From positions 434,001-498,000 of the forward strand of contig CAUYUJ010000137.1 in assembly GCA_963575745.1 (NCBI GenBank): DNA of 64,000 nt, written 5' to 3'. Shown here piece by piece: positions 34,974 to 49,075 of the stretch. Below the pieces are notes generated by a model. It was not told the DNA's origin and did not search any database. It saw only the letters and a list, made by a program, of their open reading frames with translations. Source of the DNA: Prorocentrum cordatum. Lineage: Eukaryota. How positions within the stretch are numbered: the stretch's first letter is position 1; every line of letters starts with the position of its first letter. The position numbers were made by a program, and so were the translations under genes.

Positions 34974-36905
34974 GCTTTCTCACTCTCCCCATATACATAT
35001 ACACACTATGTAAATATAGAAACAGATCATGGATGCGAGAACTTATTCAATGCCAAACACTGCTTGTACTTGGGCCCCCTGTTTAGTTTCTCCATATCTG
35101 GCATGCCCTTCTGCGTCGGGTTTGCGGATTCAGCCGGCTACTCAACCAGGGAGTGGCTCTCCTGCGGGGTCGAGGGCGGGGATCGTGGAGAGGGGGAATG
35201 GGCGGGAATTCGGCGAGCGTGGGAGAAGGGCCCGCCGGACGGGGTGCCATGAGTTCACGATTGATTTCACAGTGTGGAACAGGCAACCACAAGTGAGCCC
35301 TACCCCCACCCGTCCAGATCCCAGTACGTAGCCGCGAGACACCTTCTGGGGGGGGTCAGAGAACGAAAGCAGGCACGAAGGAAGTGAACCTCCGTCAATG
35401 AGCCCGTACAGGTATACCAGCCCGATTGGATTGGCGGCGCGTGCAGGGTTCACATTCCGTCCCGGACTGGGAAGACGGCCAGTGAAAAAAAGCAGTCCCT
35501 CCCCCTGTTCTCCTCCCTCCGGTTCTTCCCCTTGCTCCCTCCTCCAACCCCGGCCCTCCCATTCTCCGCTCCTCACCCCCGCGCCCCCGCGCTCCACGGA
35601 GCCACACCCCGCCACCGCGAACAACTCCATCCTCTCTCCCCTCTTTTGCGACACCGCGGAGGTCTGGACGCCCGCTGCCGCGAGCGGTATTGCAGCTTGA
35701 TCGGAAGAGCGTCTCAAAGCAAATTTGCGCGGATGACCTGTAATCCAGAGCACCCGCCAATCGGAAGAAGTAGGTGGAAGCATGAAGTAGATAGGGGCCG
35801 CACCCGCCCAAATAAAAACAAACAACAAAAACATGTCTATAGCTGAAATAGGAAGGCGTTGACAATAGATTCGGATCTGGATCTCCAGAAATACCTACTT
35901 CAACGACTGGCGTGTAGAGTGGGGCTTTCGTAAATGGGGCGGCGGGGGGGTGCAAAAGCACTTGAAATAGTCTACGCCTGAATGCAACCGTGGGCGGGTT
36001 GGATGCACTGCGAGTGGTTGCGGTTGTATGCTTCTTTTTGCTTTCAAAAGCAACAGATGCTGTTCCATACAATAGTTCGCACCCCCCCCAATAGTTGCGT
36101 TCGGTTGCGCGCAACAATGCACTTTGAATGTACTATTGCGCATCTCCCAGCGACCCTATCTGCGCCCGCCCAACTACTCCAGACCGCCCACTCAGGCCTC
36201 GGCTGTGGTTGCTCCCTGGGGGGGGAGGGGGGAGGGGCGAATGCTACACGGTAGACTGGCAAGCGTGCACCCCACACACGAGAAAGCGTCTGCCGAGGGG
36301 GGCGAATGCTTCCCAACTAGCCCGGGAAAATGCCCAAGGCGCCTTCGTGGTTGTTTCACATCGTGTGAACTTGCAGAGGTCTGGACAGCGGCGCCTAATT
36401 TCGCCGTTCGCGCTGCGCGAAGCGCGAAGCGGGAGTACCTTCATGCTCTCGCGCCGTCCCCCAGGGAGAAAAGGAGGACGAGGGGGAATCGGAGCCGAAG
36501 CGCGAAGCGCGAAGCGCGAGTAACTCCGCGCCCGCAAGGGCGCCCGGGACCAACTCTACACCCCGCGCCGTTTTGCTGAGACGCTGCTGGGGCCCGGGCG
36601 GAGGCCCCCGGAGGCTGAAAGCAAAGCCCAAAACCCTGCATCGCGACCTCTGTCGCAGCGCGAGCGCTGGCTCAGGCGTGCGGCCATGACCGGGAGCCTC
36701 CCCCGCGGTCCGACAACCCGCACCCATACCCCTAGCATGTCCTCCTCCCGCCGACCCTTCTATGGGTATATGGGTGTGTGTTGTGTTCGTCACCTTTGGC
36801 GCTCCTGCCACAACGCCGACCGGGCCCCTGCTCGGGGAAAAGGCCTACGAGAGCACGGGGTCCTCTCGAAGGGGCGGTCCGCTGCCAGAGAGGCTCGCGG
36901 TGCGC

Positions 36906-36954
36906 CTGAAGGTGCTGACGACGACGAGGCACAGGAGCCCTTTTGCAGGTCGTC
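36906..36954 (-). CDS. UTP11: UTP11 exon f (DDLQKGSCASSSSAPS + first base of Gly)
   Basis: aag|GACGAC acceptor, 49 nt, phase-1 GC donor (CAG|GCGCAC) that supplies exactly the phase the next exon needs. Confidence 0.75.
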
Positions 36955-37825
36955 CTTCAGGGCGAATGCTAGGAGGCAGATTGAAGAGAGAGGCAGAGAA
37001 AGAGAGAGAGAGAGAGAAAGAAAACAGAAAGAAAGAGAGAGAGGGAGCGAGAGATTGGCAGAAAGGGGTGAACAGTGAGGTAGAGATAGAGGAAGACTGG
37101 CAGGGACAGGGGGGGAAGAAAGAGAGAGATAGAGAGAGAGAGAGGCAGAGAGCGAGGAAGAAAGAAATAACGAAATCAAGCAAAACAGAGGGTGGGAGAG
37201 AGAGAGAGAGAGAGAGACGAAGAGAGCACACCAGTCCGGACAAGAGCCTGTCCAGGCCCGCGGGGCACCAGCCCATACAGGGCCTGCCTCGACGAGGCGG
37301 GCAGTGCCGCGAAATACGGGATTGGGAAAACCATCCCCCCGTCAGATTAGATAGACTACGAATAAATTTCGGTCGGGCATGTCCTCCTACAAGCGGAGCT
37401 TGGACGAAACATTGAAAACAGTCAAACAAATGCCAAACTGATAACACAAATTAGCAACAAATCGTCCCCAGCCGATCTGCGCGCCCGTGGCGGGGAGAGT
37501 GATGGGCCTGTTTTCCACCACCACCACCACCACCACCACCACCATATGTTGGAGGGGGAGGGGGTCCTCCTCCTCCTCCTCCTCCTCCTCATCCTCCTCC
37601 TCCTCCTCTTCGTCCTCCTCCTCCTCGTCCTCCTCCTCCTTCCCCCGTCCAACTTATGGTGGTGGTGGTGGTGGAAAACAAGCCCATTAGAGAGGCCCGA
37701 GCGCAGCACGTTTAGGAACGCGTGCCTTCAGGTCCCTGCACTGGCTTGCGTTCAAGAGGGGGGTCCGAAAACCATGGCCAGAGGCACGTACGCGGCCCAG
37801 GGGGGCCGAGGGGCGCCTTGGAATA

Positions 37826-37978
37826 TAGTCGGACTCGATTGGACAGAACACGCGAGAGGACACAAGGCCCTTCCGAGGGCCACGGTGCCACAGGAATGTA
37901 GGAAGCATGGGTCGCGAGTCACAGGACACAAGCGTACCCTTGATTTGGCAGGGTCGACCTACTAATCTGGGCCGACTG
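37826..37978. mobile_element. MITE family B copy
   Basis: Homologous to 657-811 over its whole length and TA-flanked; a third copy starts at 45082. Confidence 0.78.
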
Positions 37979-38837
37979 TATTACGAAGAGGGCCAGGAAA
38001 TCTGGAGAGATATCATGGTCCAGGTCGCGTTTCCTCCCCCCAGTCATCGCCCCCCTCTTGGCCGTCCCCGATCAGTGCCCATGCCTCCATGCCTCACGGC
38101 CTGAACCTCTCGACCAAAATCCGCTCCTGGGCATCTCCTGGAGCCCATCGAGGAAGTTTTCGCTTGACTGTCCAGGAGCCCGACAACCTAGGACGCAGCC
38201 AGGACGAGGACAACATCAGGTGATGACAAATCGAGAATATCTGAGATCTGGGGGCTCTGGAAGATGTCTCGGGCGCCGCGGCCTTCTCAGAGCGTTCCGG
38301 GGGGGAAACCAAAAACAAACTGAACGGATTTATCCTCGTCCTAGCCCCGTCCGACCACCTCCTCCAAATGCCGACACCACGAAACTACCATATCCTGCCC
38401 CCACCCCTGGGACAGCAGCAGGGGCGTGGATCGAACGTCGACCGCCGAAGAGGGGGGCCAGGAAAGGGTGAGCTTAGCGCATCGTGGCCCGAGTTACGTA
38501 CGCGGGCGAAGGGGGGCACGGACACTTGTTGAAAGAAAGAGAAGAAAAAAGAAGAAGAAGAAGAAGAAGAAGGAGAAGAATAAGAAGGAGAAAAAGGAGA
38601 AGAAGAAGGAGAAAAAGAAAAAACATCCGCCTGCCCCCTTGTGGGGCCACCAGGCTGTAGGACCAGTATTTGCTGTTCCCTGCGCCAGTTCCAGTTTCCA
38701 ATTTCCACTGTTACAATTATTGCTTTACGCTGATCACTGTTCCTTGTTCTAGACCGCGCGAGGGGGGGGAGCCGAAAACCAGCAAATTTAGCGTCTCCTG
38801 GGAGGGTTCTCAAAATTTCTAGGGGGGTCGAAATTGA

Positions 38838-39603
38838 CACCCCTCACGCAGATCGGCGGGGTCAGGGTCCAAAAACACATTGGATTTGCAACATTTCTAA
38901 AATTCGGCGGCACCCCTCACGCAGATCGGTGGGGTCAGGGTCAACAAAAACACATAGGATCTGCCACATTCCTAAAATCCGGCGGCACCCCTCACGCAGA
39001 TCGGCAGAGTCAGGGTCGACAAACCAATGGGATTTGCCACATGTCTGAAATCCGGCGGCGCCCCTCACGCAGATCGGCAGAGTCAGGGTCGACAAACCAA
39101 TGGGATTTGCCACATGTCTGAAATCCGGCGGCGCCCCTCACGCAGATCGGCGGGGTCAGGGTCGAAAAACCGATGCGATTGGCCACATGTCTGAAATTCG
39201 GCGGCGCCCCTCACGCAGATCAGCGGGGTCAGGGTCGAAAAAACGATAGAATTTGCCACGCAGATCAGCAGAGTCAGGGCCCAAAAACCTATGGGACTTG
39301 CTACATGTCTTAAATTCGGCGGCGCCCCTCACGCAAATCGGCGGGCTGGGTCGAAAAACCGATGCGATTGGCCACATGTCTGACATTTGGCGGCGCTCTC
39401 ACGCAGATCGGCGGAGTCAGGGTCGAACAACACATGGAATCTGCCATATTTCTCAAATCCGGCGGCACCCCTCACGCAGACCGCGGGGTCAGGGTCGAAA
39501 AACCTATTGGAGTTGCCACATGTCTGAAATTCGGCGGCACCCCTCACGCAGATCAGCAGGGTCAGGGTCGAAAAACCAATTGGAGTTGCCACGTCTCCGA
39601 AAT
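38838..39603. repeat. Tandem satellite, ~73-bp unit, about 11 copies
   Basis: CCCCTCACGCAGATCGGC...TCAGGGTCG...GCCACATGTCTGAAAT recurs every 70-75 bp. Confidence 0.93.
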
Positions 39604-40821
39604 TATGTGGGAAACCTCAGTGCACAGCATACGGGGGCAAGTTCAAAACGCAACACTGAGTTCAACAATATCATCAGAATCTCAAGTTCTCTTGCCGATG
39701 CTGCTTCACGGTGGCGCCGAAGCCTCATGATTCAGCCCTTGCATAGCCCATTATCCGAGAGAGGGGGCCAGCGGCAGGGGCGAAGCCCTTACGGATAATA
39801 AGAGGAAGAAGAAGGAGAAGGAGAAGGAGAAGAAGAAGAAGAAGACGAAGAAGAACAAGAAGAAGAAGAAGAAGAGGTGGCATGGAATATGTGAAAGATC
39901 TCTCTCTACACACACACACGCACACACACACACACACACACACACGAACACACACACACACACACACACACACACGGGTCCTCACCCACCTCTGGGACGC
40001 CCCCTGGTCCCCACCCACCTCTGAGACGCCCCCGGCAGACTACCGCAGGGGGAGGGCAAGAGGGGGCCCGGGGAAGCTCGGAGGGGCGATGCGGGCGTTG
40101 GGCTGACCGAGAACCTGCCATGGCTCGGACGTCCCCTTCCCATGCATTTTTCGGCCTCGTGCGCGCAGCTCTTTTGCAAGATGCTCCAGGATGCTCCTGG
40201 ATGGTCCCCGACGAAGAAGCATGCACACGTCGGGGCGATGCCAAGAGAAGCCTGTACAAGATTGGGGAGGAGAAGGACGAGCAGGAGCAGGAGGGGGAAC
40301 AGGAGGGGGAAGAGGAGGAGGATTAGGAGGGGGAACAGGAGGGGAGGAGGGGGAACAGGAGGGGGAGGAGGGGGAACAGGAGGGGGAGGAGGGGGAACAG
40401 GAGGAGGAGGAGGAGGAGGAGGAGGAGGAGGAGGAGGAGGACGAGGACCCCCCTGGCTTGCCGTGTTCCTTGCCCTGGCGGCGACGCAGCGGCGGCCACT
40501 CCCCTCCCTCCCTGGCGGCGGACCTGCCAGGTCCCTTTTGCTTACAGAGCCCATCGATTAGCTTGCCATCGCTCGGACGTCCATTCCCCTTGCAGCTGTC
40601 GGCTTCGTGCGCTTATTTTCCGTAAGATGCTACATGCTGCGTCTCGATGGTCCTCGCCGAGGGAAACATGCCCACGTCCAGGCGATACCAAGTCCCTCCC
40701 TGGCAGCGGACCTGCCAGGCCCCTTTGCTGACCCAGGCCCCCTCCCCAGGCCTCCAGGGACCTCGAGAGTCGCGCAGTCGTCACGACGCCCAGCGTAGCG
40801 TGCGGCCCATGGCGCGGGGTC

Positions 40822-40899
40822 CTCGTCCAGGAAGAGCACGTGCTTGTTGCTCTTCGGGGCGTCCAGGAAGTGCAGGCTCTCCAGCGCCCTCGCCGCTTC
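40822..40899 (-). CDS. UTP11: UTP11 exon e (EAARALESLHFLDAPKSNKHVLFLDE)
   Basis: cag|GAAGCG acceptor, 78 nt, GA donor (GAG|GACCCC); LHF...NKHxxF motif. Confidence 0.9.
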
Positions 40900-41904
40900 C
40901 TGCAGGGCGTCAGAAATCGTTACACCTCAACCGCTCCCAGGCCTAGGGGATGGGCCTGGACAGGGGCAGTGGATATGTATAGATCTCGCCGCCCGACCTC
41001 GGCGCACAGCCAGACTGGACGCGGAGAGGACCTCTCGAGAAGCTGGACCCCGTCTTGCCTGGCATCTCACGAAGACGCGCGCGGTCGCGGAAAGAATCTC
41101 GCGAGAGACTGGACCCCGAGGGGCCGGGCATCTGACCTGACAGGGCTGCGCGCTCCTCGGTGTCGGAACGACCTGCGCTCTCCTTGTCTCACGGGGACCG
41201 AGGTGGCAGGGAAAAAGACTGGATGTCCTTGGCTGTTTCTCCAGATCTCTCCAGACACCAATTTCTCGTCCTCCCCCGCCAGGACTGGAAGCGGAAAGAA
41301 TCCCATAAGAAGGTGGATTCCGAAGGGTTTGGCATCTGAGGAGGGTACGCTCCCAGGTCTCCGACCGACCTGCGCCCCATGACTTCCTGACTATCGAGCC
41401 CCCAAGCGCAACCAGAAAGAAAAATAACCAGGCGTCCCTTGGGGAGGACAAGGTATCGATACCCGTCCTGCCCAGGCCTCTGCCAGGGTGCGTTCTGACC
41501 ATAATTATAAAACTTGATACAGCCATGGCGACGAGAACTCCTCAAGACGAGCAGCGGTATCAGTACCTGTTCCTCCTCTGACCCTTGGCTATGTCTACAG
41601 CTTTACCTTCCAGAATCACAATTCTCGTCCTCACTGGCCAGACAGTACCCAGTAGTAGTATCATGATAAGCTGGACCCCGAACGATCTTGAATATGGCGA
41701 GGGCGCCCACGTTGATGTCCGAACGACCTGCGCCCTATTTGATGTTCGAGGCCCGAAGCACAAGAAGAAGAGCCGGGCGCCCCATACATTCGTCTCCAGC
41801 TTTGCGTTACGGCGCAAGGCCTTAGTGTTTTGTTGTTGCACCGCTTCCGAAAATTCCCCAAACAGTGCTTGCATTTAGGAGATCTTAGTTGTTTTCTAAG
41901 GATC

Positions 41905-42105
41905 TGGGCCCGACGGCTGGTCTGGCGACTATGTAGTCGCAACTGCCACCCCGTCGCCGCCTCGTCGCCACCCGTCGTCTGGGCCTCACGGCCCGTCTGG
42001 CGGCTATGTACTCGCTGCCGCCGCCCCGTCGCCACCTCGTCGCCGCCTGTTGTCTGGGCCTGTCTGTCGGTCTGGCGGTTATGTTGTGGCCGCCGCCGCC
42101 CCGTC
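41905..42105. repeat. About 2.5 tandem copies of a 75-bp unit
   Basis: GTCTGGCG at 41920, 41995 and 42070. Confidence 0.75.
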
Positions 42106-42604
42106 AGAAAATTGCACAACATAGATTGCACAACATGGATTACACCACACATGTTGCACAACATAGTCCTGTCTAGCAACATAGTGGAATCTACCCCCAC
42201 ACGCCCGGAATGAACAGCCCCCTTGTATTTTACATATGGCTCTGCCCAATCGTATGTCTGCAATATGAATTCGTACCATCCCAGGGAGGCCCGTATCGCC
42301 CGCCCCTCATCATCTGCAACAACAGGTATGCGCGCACATCAGTTTATCAACAATCATATGTGCTCAAAAATCCCTTGCAAAAAAACGTGACGAAGTGCAC
42401 ACGCGTGCGTCGTCGCGCGCGCATGTCACAATCCTTCAAAAACCTTCGGTTTCGACAATGTTTCAAAATCGAGTGCCCCGAAAACACGTAGACACACGTG
42501 GTGCCGCACCAAGAATTGTCAGACATGCAGACATGAAAAACTTGCACCCGCGCTCTTGCGAATGCTCATGTAACAAGTGCATGTTTCAGCATGTGCATGC
42601 AATA

Positions 42605-43345
42605 CTCGCCCAGGACGACTCCAAGACGGTCCAAGACGGCCCAAGAGGCCCCCAAGAGGCTTCAAAGACGGCCCAAGAAGCTTCCGAGAGGTCCTCCAGG
42701 AGGGCCCGAATAAGCCAAAATCAGTGATGTATCTTCGGTGTCCAGAGAACTTTGGTGCCTGCTTCTTTTCGGCCTTCCAACGGCCCCCTCTCGGCCGAAG
42801 ATGTGCCCAAGATCGCTTTAAGCTGGCCCCACGGGCCTCCAAGATGAGCCCGTGGCGGCCCGAGAAGCCGCCAAGACAACCACTAGAGGGCCGTCAAGAC
42901 GGCTTAGACGCCCCAAGATGGCCTCCCAGACAGCCCAAGATGGTCCAAGATGGGCCCCAAGAGGGCCAAAGGGGGTCCAAGATGCCCTGAAGTCCGCCCA
43001 AAAGCCCCCAAAATGGCCCAAGACGGCCCAAGACGCCCCCAAGAGGTCTCCAAGACCGCCCAAAAGGCCTCATCGAGGTTCTCCAGGAGGGCTCCAATAG
43101 GACAGAATCATTGATTGCGAAGGCTGTTAGCAAGCTTCTTTTCGGCCTTCCGACGGCCTTAGATGGCCCAAACGCTCCCCAAGATCGCCCCAAGATGGCC
43201 TCAAAGGCCTGCAAGATGAGCCAATGACGGCCCAAGAAACCTCCGAGACGGCGCCAAGAGGGCCTCCAAGTTCGCCCAAGAGTGTCCAAGATGGCCTCCA
43301 AGACAACCCAAGAGGGTCCAAGATGGCCTCCAAGACTTCCCCAGA
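42605..43345 (+). repeat. Degenerate CCAAGA/GGCCC-rich repeat tract (dispersed family)
   Basis: Dense CCAAGA(T/C)GGCC motifs; related tracts at ~16220-16480, ~20540-21090, ~46550-47360 (+) and ~25220-25680 (-). Confidence 0.8.
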
Positions 43346-44973
43346 GGGTTCTTTGTATTCATTCTCGCCCACGTGTTCACCCAAGGGTGTCCAAACCAAC
43401 TCGGGGAACACGTGGTCCGATGGCTTGGCCGAGCTCTAAACAAACTTCCGACCACGTAGGCGCTTTCAAAAAGGCAGGGGGCGGCGGTGATTCGCCGTAG
43501 GCGTCTTCGATATTGCACACACCCCTATCGTTAGAAACACACTGTTCGGGGCCCACGCTGGCTAACAGCTTGACCGTAAGAATGAAAACGAGAAAGAAAC
43601 GGCTCGCCGAAACGGAGAAACCAACTGCTCCAGGATTGAGACTGGAGCGGAACCAGACAAAATGGAGACGGAACCAGAAAAACAACGGCGCCAGAACCAG
43701 GAAGGAGAGCCGCAAAACGAAAACAGACACACAAAATAGCGTCGCTTCCGAGAACCAGACGAAACGCGTGGTCGACCCCAACAAAAACTCTCCGCTGCAC
43801 CCAGCCCCACCCGGGGAGGACGACAGGAGGGATAGTAGAAAAGGCATCGGAATCACCGCCGGCTGGCCAGAGCCGAGGCCTGCACGAGGAAATCCAGACT
43901 GAAGTCGCAATCCAGAATCGAATCGAATCGAAAGCGGGATCCTCGACAGCGAATCGATTCGAATCGACAGAGTCGATATGTTGGAGGCGGCCAGGGGGTC
44001 TGAACTGTTCGGGCATCTAGAGAATCTGTCAGGAGGGGGAAAGACGCAAACTCCGCTCAAATCGGTCCCAGGACCAGGCCCGTCTCGTGTAGTTACTCGC
44101 CCCGGACTTCTTCTCGGCGGTCCTGGCGCGATCGTGTCGTGTCCACCCCGGCGTTGGCTCCTGATACCGCGGGGATCGTCTCGGATTGAAAGACCCGCCG
44201 CTTCTGGAACGTCAGATCGTTCAACATGGACTGATCCTGATTGGAGGGTGAAAGAGGGGGTCTGCAACAGGGGGTCTTCAATGGGGGCTGAATGGCCTAT
44301 GTATGCTCAATTATCTTCATGTATGTGAACGGGTACGATTGGCATCCAATGTTGGCGGTCATTGAGGGCCAGTCGTTCGTGCCCGCGCGTTGCCCGCGCG
44401 GGCACGCGCGTGTCAGGCGGCGTTCATCGTCGAACGCCGGCGGCGGGGTCGCCGACGGTCGACAGATCGCGAACCTACCCTAGATGGGGTCGGAGGATCG
44501 GGCCGCAACGCCGATGCATCGGCGACGCATCGCTGGTGCGTCGTCCACGTCGGCGGTGCCTCCGCGACGTCGGCGTGCAGGAAATCGAACTCCATCCCCA
44601 GCCTCAGATCAGGCATCTCCAGGCGGACGCTGGAAGGAACATGACAGATCATCAAAACAGATTCGAAAGCATTGAAGAATGGTCGAAACATCGCCCCCCA
44701 TCTATCTCTTGACTATCCCTGAACACTCCTCCTGCAGGGAGGGACATGTCCGACTCAACCCCAGCCAGCTCGGGCGAGCGCCCAGCGGCGCGGCCGACGC
44801 CAGCCGCAAGCGGCAGCGCTCCGGCGCACGGGCCCCCCCCGGGCAGAGGTCTCCATGCAGGCCCGCCCCAGCGATGAGAGCAGCGGCACCCCGCGGGCGA
44901 GCGGGGCCGCCGCCGCCGCCCGTCGTCGTCGTCGGCGTCGTCGTCGTCGTCGTCGTCGTCGACGGGGCCGCGC

Positions 44974-45015
44974 CTTCTTGTCCATCTGCTCGCGCATGCC
45001 GACGTACCTGGCGTC
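44974..45015 (-). CDS. UTP11: UTP11 exon d (DARYVGMREQMDKK)
   Basis: cag|GACGCC acceptor, 42 nt, GC donor (AAG|GCGCGG). Confidence 0.88.
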
Positions 45016-45211
45016 CTGCGGGGCCGGGCGCGTCCCGAGCCGACGGCCAGGGCCGTTGGGTCGAATGGGGGGGGAGGGGTGCAGTCGAGTTCGACTGGAG
45101 GGGACACGTGAGAGGACTCGAGACCCTTTCAAGGGCCACGCTGCCCCGGGAATGAGGACGCGAGCCCGCAGAACAACGGGGTCCCCCTTATTTGGCAGGG
45201 TCGACCCACCA

Positions 45212-45321
45212 TTAGGTCGGGCGCGTTCCCCTACTCAAAAAAAATTATCTAAAAATCTTCCCAGGCAATTGTTTAAACTAGTTTTGAATGTTCCTCCTGC
45301 AGAGGGACAAGCCCGACTTAA
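45212..45321. mobile_element. MITE family A copy (internally shortened, nested in a family B MITE)
   Basis: Same TIRs; flanks ACCCACCA / ACCTACCA. Confidence 0.75.
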
Positions 45322-47928
45322 ACCTACCAACCAAACTCGATGGTGCAGTCCTCGTGTCACCAGTGAGCCGGCGGTGGACAAGCCTCCCTTCAGTAAACCT
45401 CCCCTTAGTGAAAACGGCCAGGGACGGAAACCGACGGACCTGGACCCGGAAAAACGACGGCCGCGACGCCCCCTCGCCAACTCGAAAACGGCCAATTCCT
45501 TCATCGACGTGCCAAGGGTCAGGGCAGGAGGTCTGTCCACCCCCGAGTGGGGGGGCGCAGAACAGGCAACGGAGGGGGCCTCTCAGACCACTGCAAGCCT
45601 CGGCCACGTGCAGGCTTCCCGGCACAGATTGGAGGCCTCCACCTCCTCCTCCTCCTCCTCCTCCTCCTCCTCCTCCTCCTCCTCCTCCTCCTCCTCCTCC
45701 TACATAACCAGGGGTTGCCTCCACAGGAGGAAAGGTGATCCTAGATTTCGGTGCTGGTGCTGAAATTTCGGTCACCTTGAAAGCCAGGATCTTACCACCA
45801 TCACCGAGATCCGGATCTCCTTCCCTCGGTGGAGGCACACCGCCGATTTTGGTGTTGGTGTCAACCCCGAGGCCTGCGAAGCTGTACAGATCTGAGGAGC
45901 GGAACGAAACCCAGAGCCCCTCCTGAGCCAGCCCGAAGTGGTCCGTATGTCAGCGCGTGGCGCGGAAGGCGGAAGAACCACGCCGCAGAGTGATCACCCC
46001 TGCAAAAAAATGTTACTGCGGCACGGGGCGCAGAAGGACATACTAGAATTACGCGCGCATGTTGGAGACGCACGTCGGACCAACACTTGCACAACGGACG
46101 GACCTAAGACGGAAAAACAACCTTCAAGAACACGAGACCCTGCGCCGGCCAAGCTGAAGAACATTCGAGGGTACCCTCCCCCATACTGCACAAGAACATC
46201 CAACAAACACGAACATGGGGGTGTACTCCGCGAACCGACCTCGATCGTATACTTCGGTCCGACCGTACTAGAACTGCGCGCCCATGTTGGAGACGTACGC
46301 CCGACCCGCACATGTAATACCAAACGTCTTCGAATATGTCGCTGCCCACCGGCATCATGAGAAAGTGCCCGCCACGAAACTCATACTATTTCGGGGCGCG
46401 CGCCTCGCGCCTGCGTGCCTCGAGGCACGATTTGGAATGTCCTCAGATCCTCTGCACGGAATATATGGAGCACCAAGGGGTCGGGACCCCGCACTGCCTG
46501 ATTTCCTGGGGGGTCTCGCAGAAAGCTTGAGGCTTTTCGCGTGACTTTGAGGCCAGAGGTCCCCAAGACGGCCTGAGATGTCCTCAAGCGCCCCACGACG
46601 GCCCAAAGATGTCCTCAAGTTGGCCCAAGAGACTCCAAGACGCCACTAGTGGGCTCCAAGAGACCCACCAAGAAAGCCCCAAGAGGCAAAATCACGGAAT
46701 CACTAAAAAATGTGGCATGATTTTAGCAGTCTCGCCTTCCGGGCTTCCAAAAGGCTCCAAGACGGCCCAAGAAAAGAGGACCCCAAGACAGCCCTAAGAC
46801 GGCATAAGAGCCTCCAAAATGGCTCAAGAAGGGCTCCAACCAGCTGGAGTGGCCTCCAGAACATCCAAGATGGACTCAGGACGGTCCGAGAGGCCTGGAA
46901 GACGCCAAAAGAGGGCCCAAGTGGACCCACAAGACGGCCTCAAGGTGCAAAAATCATGGATGGTTCGATTGCTGTTGACTGATTTTCGCATTCTCGCCGT
47001 AGCACGGGGATCTGAACCCCGAGACGGCCCGAGAAGCCTGCAAGAATGGCCAAAGACGGCCGAAGAGGCCCCCAAGAGGGCCCAGAGATGAAGAGGACCC
47101 CAAGGCTGCCGAAGAGGCCACCAAGATGGCCAAAAAGGCAATCAAGAAGGCCTAAAGAGGGGCTAGGGATGCCCGAGAGGGGAACTCGTAAGGGCCCAGG
47201 GGGCCTTCCCCCAGAACACGGCCCCAAAGACGCCCAACATGCCTCAAAGATGGCCCCCGAAAACCCCCAAGAAGCCCTCAGAGGGTCACGAAAACCCAAG
47301 AGCCCTGAAAACTCCCCCGAGAGGCTGCACCCGAGGCCTCCCCTAAAAGGCCGCCAGGAAGCGCCGCAACTGACGCGGAAGAAGAGAGGGACAAACCAGG
47401 AACAACGATTCAAACGCAGGAAGCACGACGAGACACTGCAAACAACGCATACGAAATCGGAAGCCGTTCATTTCGTGTTCTGGGTGTCGGTGGAATAGCG
47501 GAAGCCTCTTGAATACGTGTAGGTAACACCTACTTGCACGGGTGGAGGGCTGTTCCTTCGAAGGTGGTTGAATTGCAGCATCGTTGGCGCATCCTGGGTT
47601 TACTCTGGCCCTCGCTGTCCTCCTCGTCCTCATGCTCCATCTTCTGTCGACCCAACATGCCACAGGAAACCCGTCGACCGTCCGCTACAGCTTTCGCTGA
47701 GCTCAATATGTGACAACAAGATCCGCACTTGCAAGACCGAGCAAAGCGACCTACGTTGTGATAACTATGTACCCATTTCGCGGCGACGTCTACAGCACTG
47801 AATACTTCGGTAAAGATCATGTCGGCATGAGAGAGGGGCGACATGTTTGGGTGACTGTACCAGGGGGGACCACGAGGAGAAAGACGCGACAGTAGAGGGT
47901 GAGTCGCTAGCAGTGACGAGCACAGCGC

Positions 47929-47994
47929 CTGCGTGTCGACAAGGGCCACCTCGTCCTGGGAGAGGCCCTTGCCCTTCTTGCGGTTACGCCCATC
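47929..47994 (-). CDS. UTP11: UTP11 exon c (DGRNRKKGKGLSQDEVALVDTQ)
   Basis: cag|GATGGG acceptor, 66 nt, GC donor (CAG|GCGCTG); ends in the TQ of the TQDxxY motif. Confidence 0.88.
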
Positions 47995-48769
47995 CTGAGC
48001 AGACATGCGGCTGAGGCGAGATCAGAAGATGGAAGAATCCACACTAAGGGAGTCCGCGATGTAGCACAACCCGTACGCGACCTGCCTTATCGTCTGGACT
48101 GCAGTAAGGAGCTAGAGCGCAGTTCTACATGATGAGAGAGGTGGGGGGCATAAGTGAAAACATAAATGAAATGCGGGTAACCGGAAGGAAACTGGCATGG
48201 AGGGGAGGTAAGTGAAGAGGAACAATATAAAGCCATGGAGGGAGGAAAAGGTTGGACCGAGAACGAAAGGAACGCCAAGCGAGTCGGAGAGTCGGAAAGG
48301 CAAAGAGCGAGAGAGAGATAGAGAAACCAAACAAAAAAACGTGAAAGCGAGGGGAAAGAGAGAGAGAGAGAGAGAACGAGAATAAGTGAGAGGGAGAAAG
48401 AGAGAGAAAGTGAAAGAGAACGAGAGAACGAGAGGAAGGAATAGAGAAAGGGGGAGAGAGGAATTAAGCTAGTGAGGGAGAGGAGAGAGGGCACGAGCTA
48501 GCGCGCGACAGGACGAGGGGAGCGGAGAGCGCAGCGGGACAGGAGAGTCGGAGGGGGCGAGTCATAGAAGCGTGTATCTACATAGACAGGTAGATAGATA
48601 GATAGATAGATAGATGTAGTCCCCAAACAGTGCGTGCACCCAGGGCTCCTTACTCCTCTAAAGAACCAAGCCCGTGTGCAGTCCCGTCGGCTCCGTTCGC
48701 CCCATGGCTCCCAACAGAATGCCCGTGCGCGGGCCCGGCGACCACCGCTCCCATGCGTCGCCGCACCAC

Positions 48770-49075
48770 TCATCTTGCACCACATAGCGTGCACCACAAA
48801 GCGTACACGAAATAGCTCGCACCACGTATGCTGGCCCACATGGCTGACACCACATGTCTTGTACCACATAGCTTACACCACATCGCGTAAACTGCATAGC
48901 TTGCACCACGTAGCTGGCACCACATAGCTTATGTCATATAGATTGCTCCACGTAGTTTGCAGTGCATAGCGTGCACCATATATATATACATACACATAGG
49001 GCTTACACCACATACCTTGTGCCATCCAGCTTACATCACAGAGTTTACACCACATAGCTTACACCGCATAACTTT
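48770..49075. repeat. Degenerate CACATAGCTTACAC short-period repeat (also ~52455-52660 and ~42110-42185)
   Basis: Direct reading. Confidence 0.7.

Noticed and set aside
46808..46828. Possible dinoflagellate spliced-leader relic (CCAAAATGGCT / TGGCTCAAG); similar 11-mer near 11669
   Set aside because: Only 9-11 nt matches, inside a CCAAGA repeat or the gag coding region; expected by chance.
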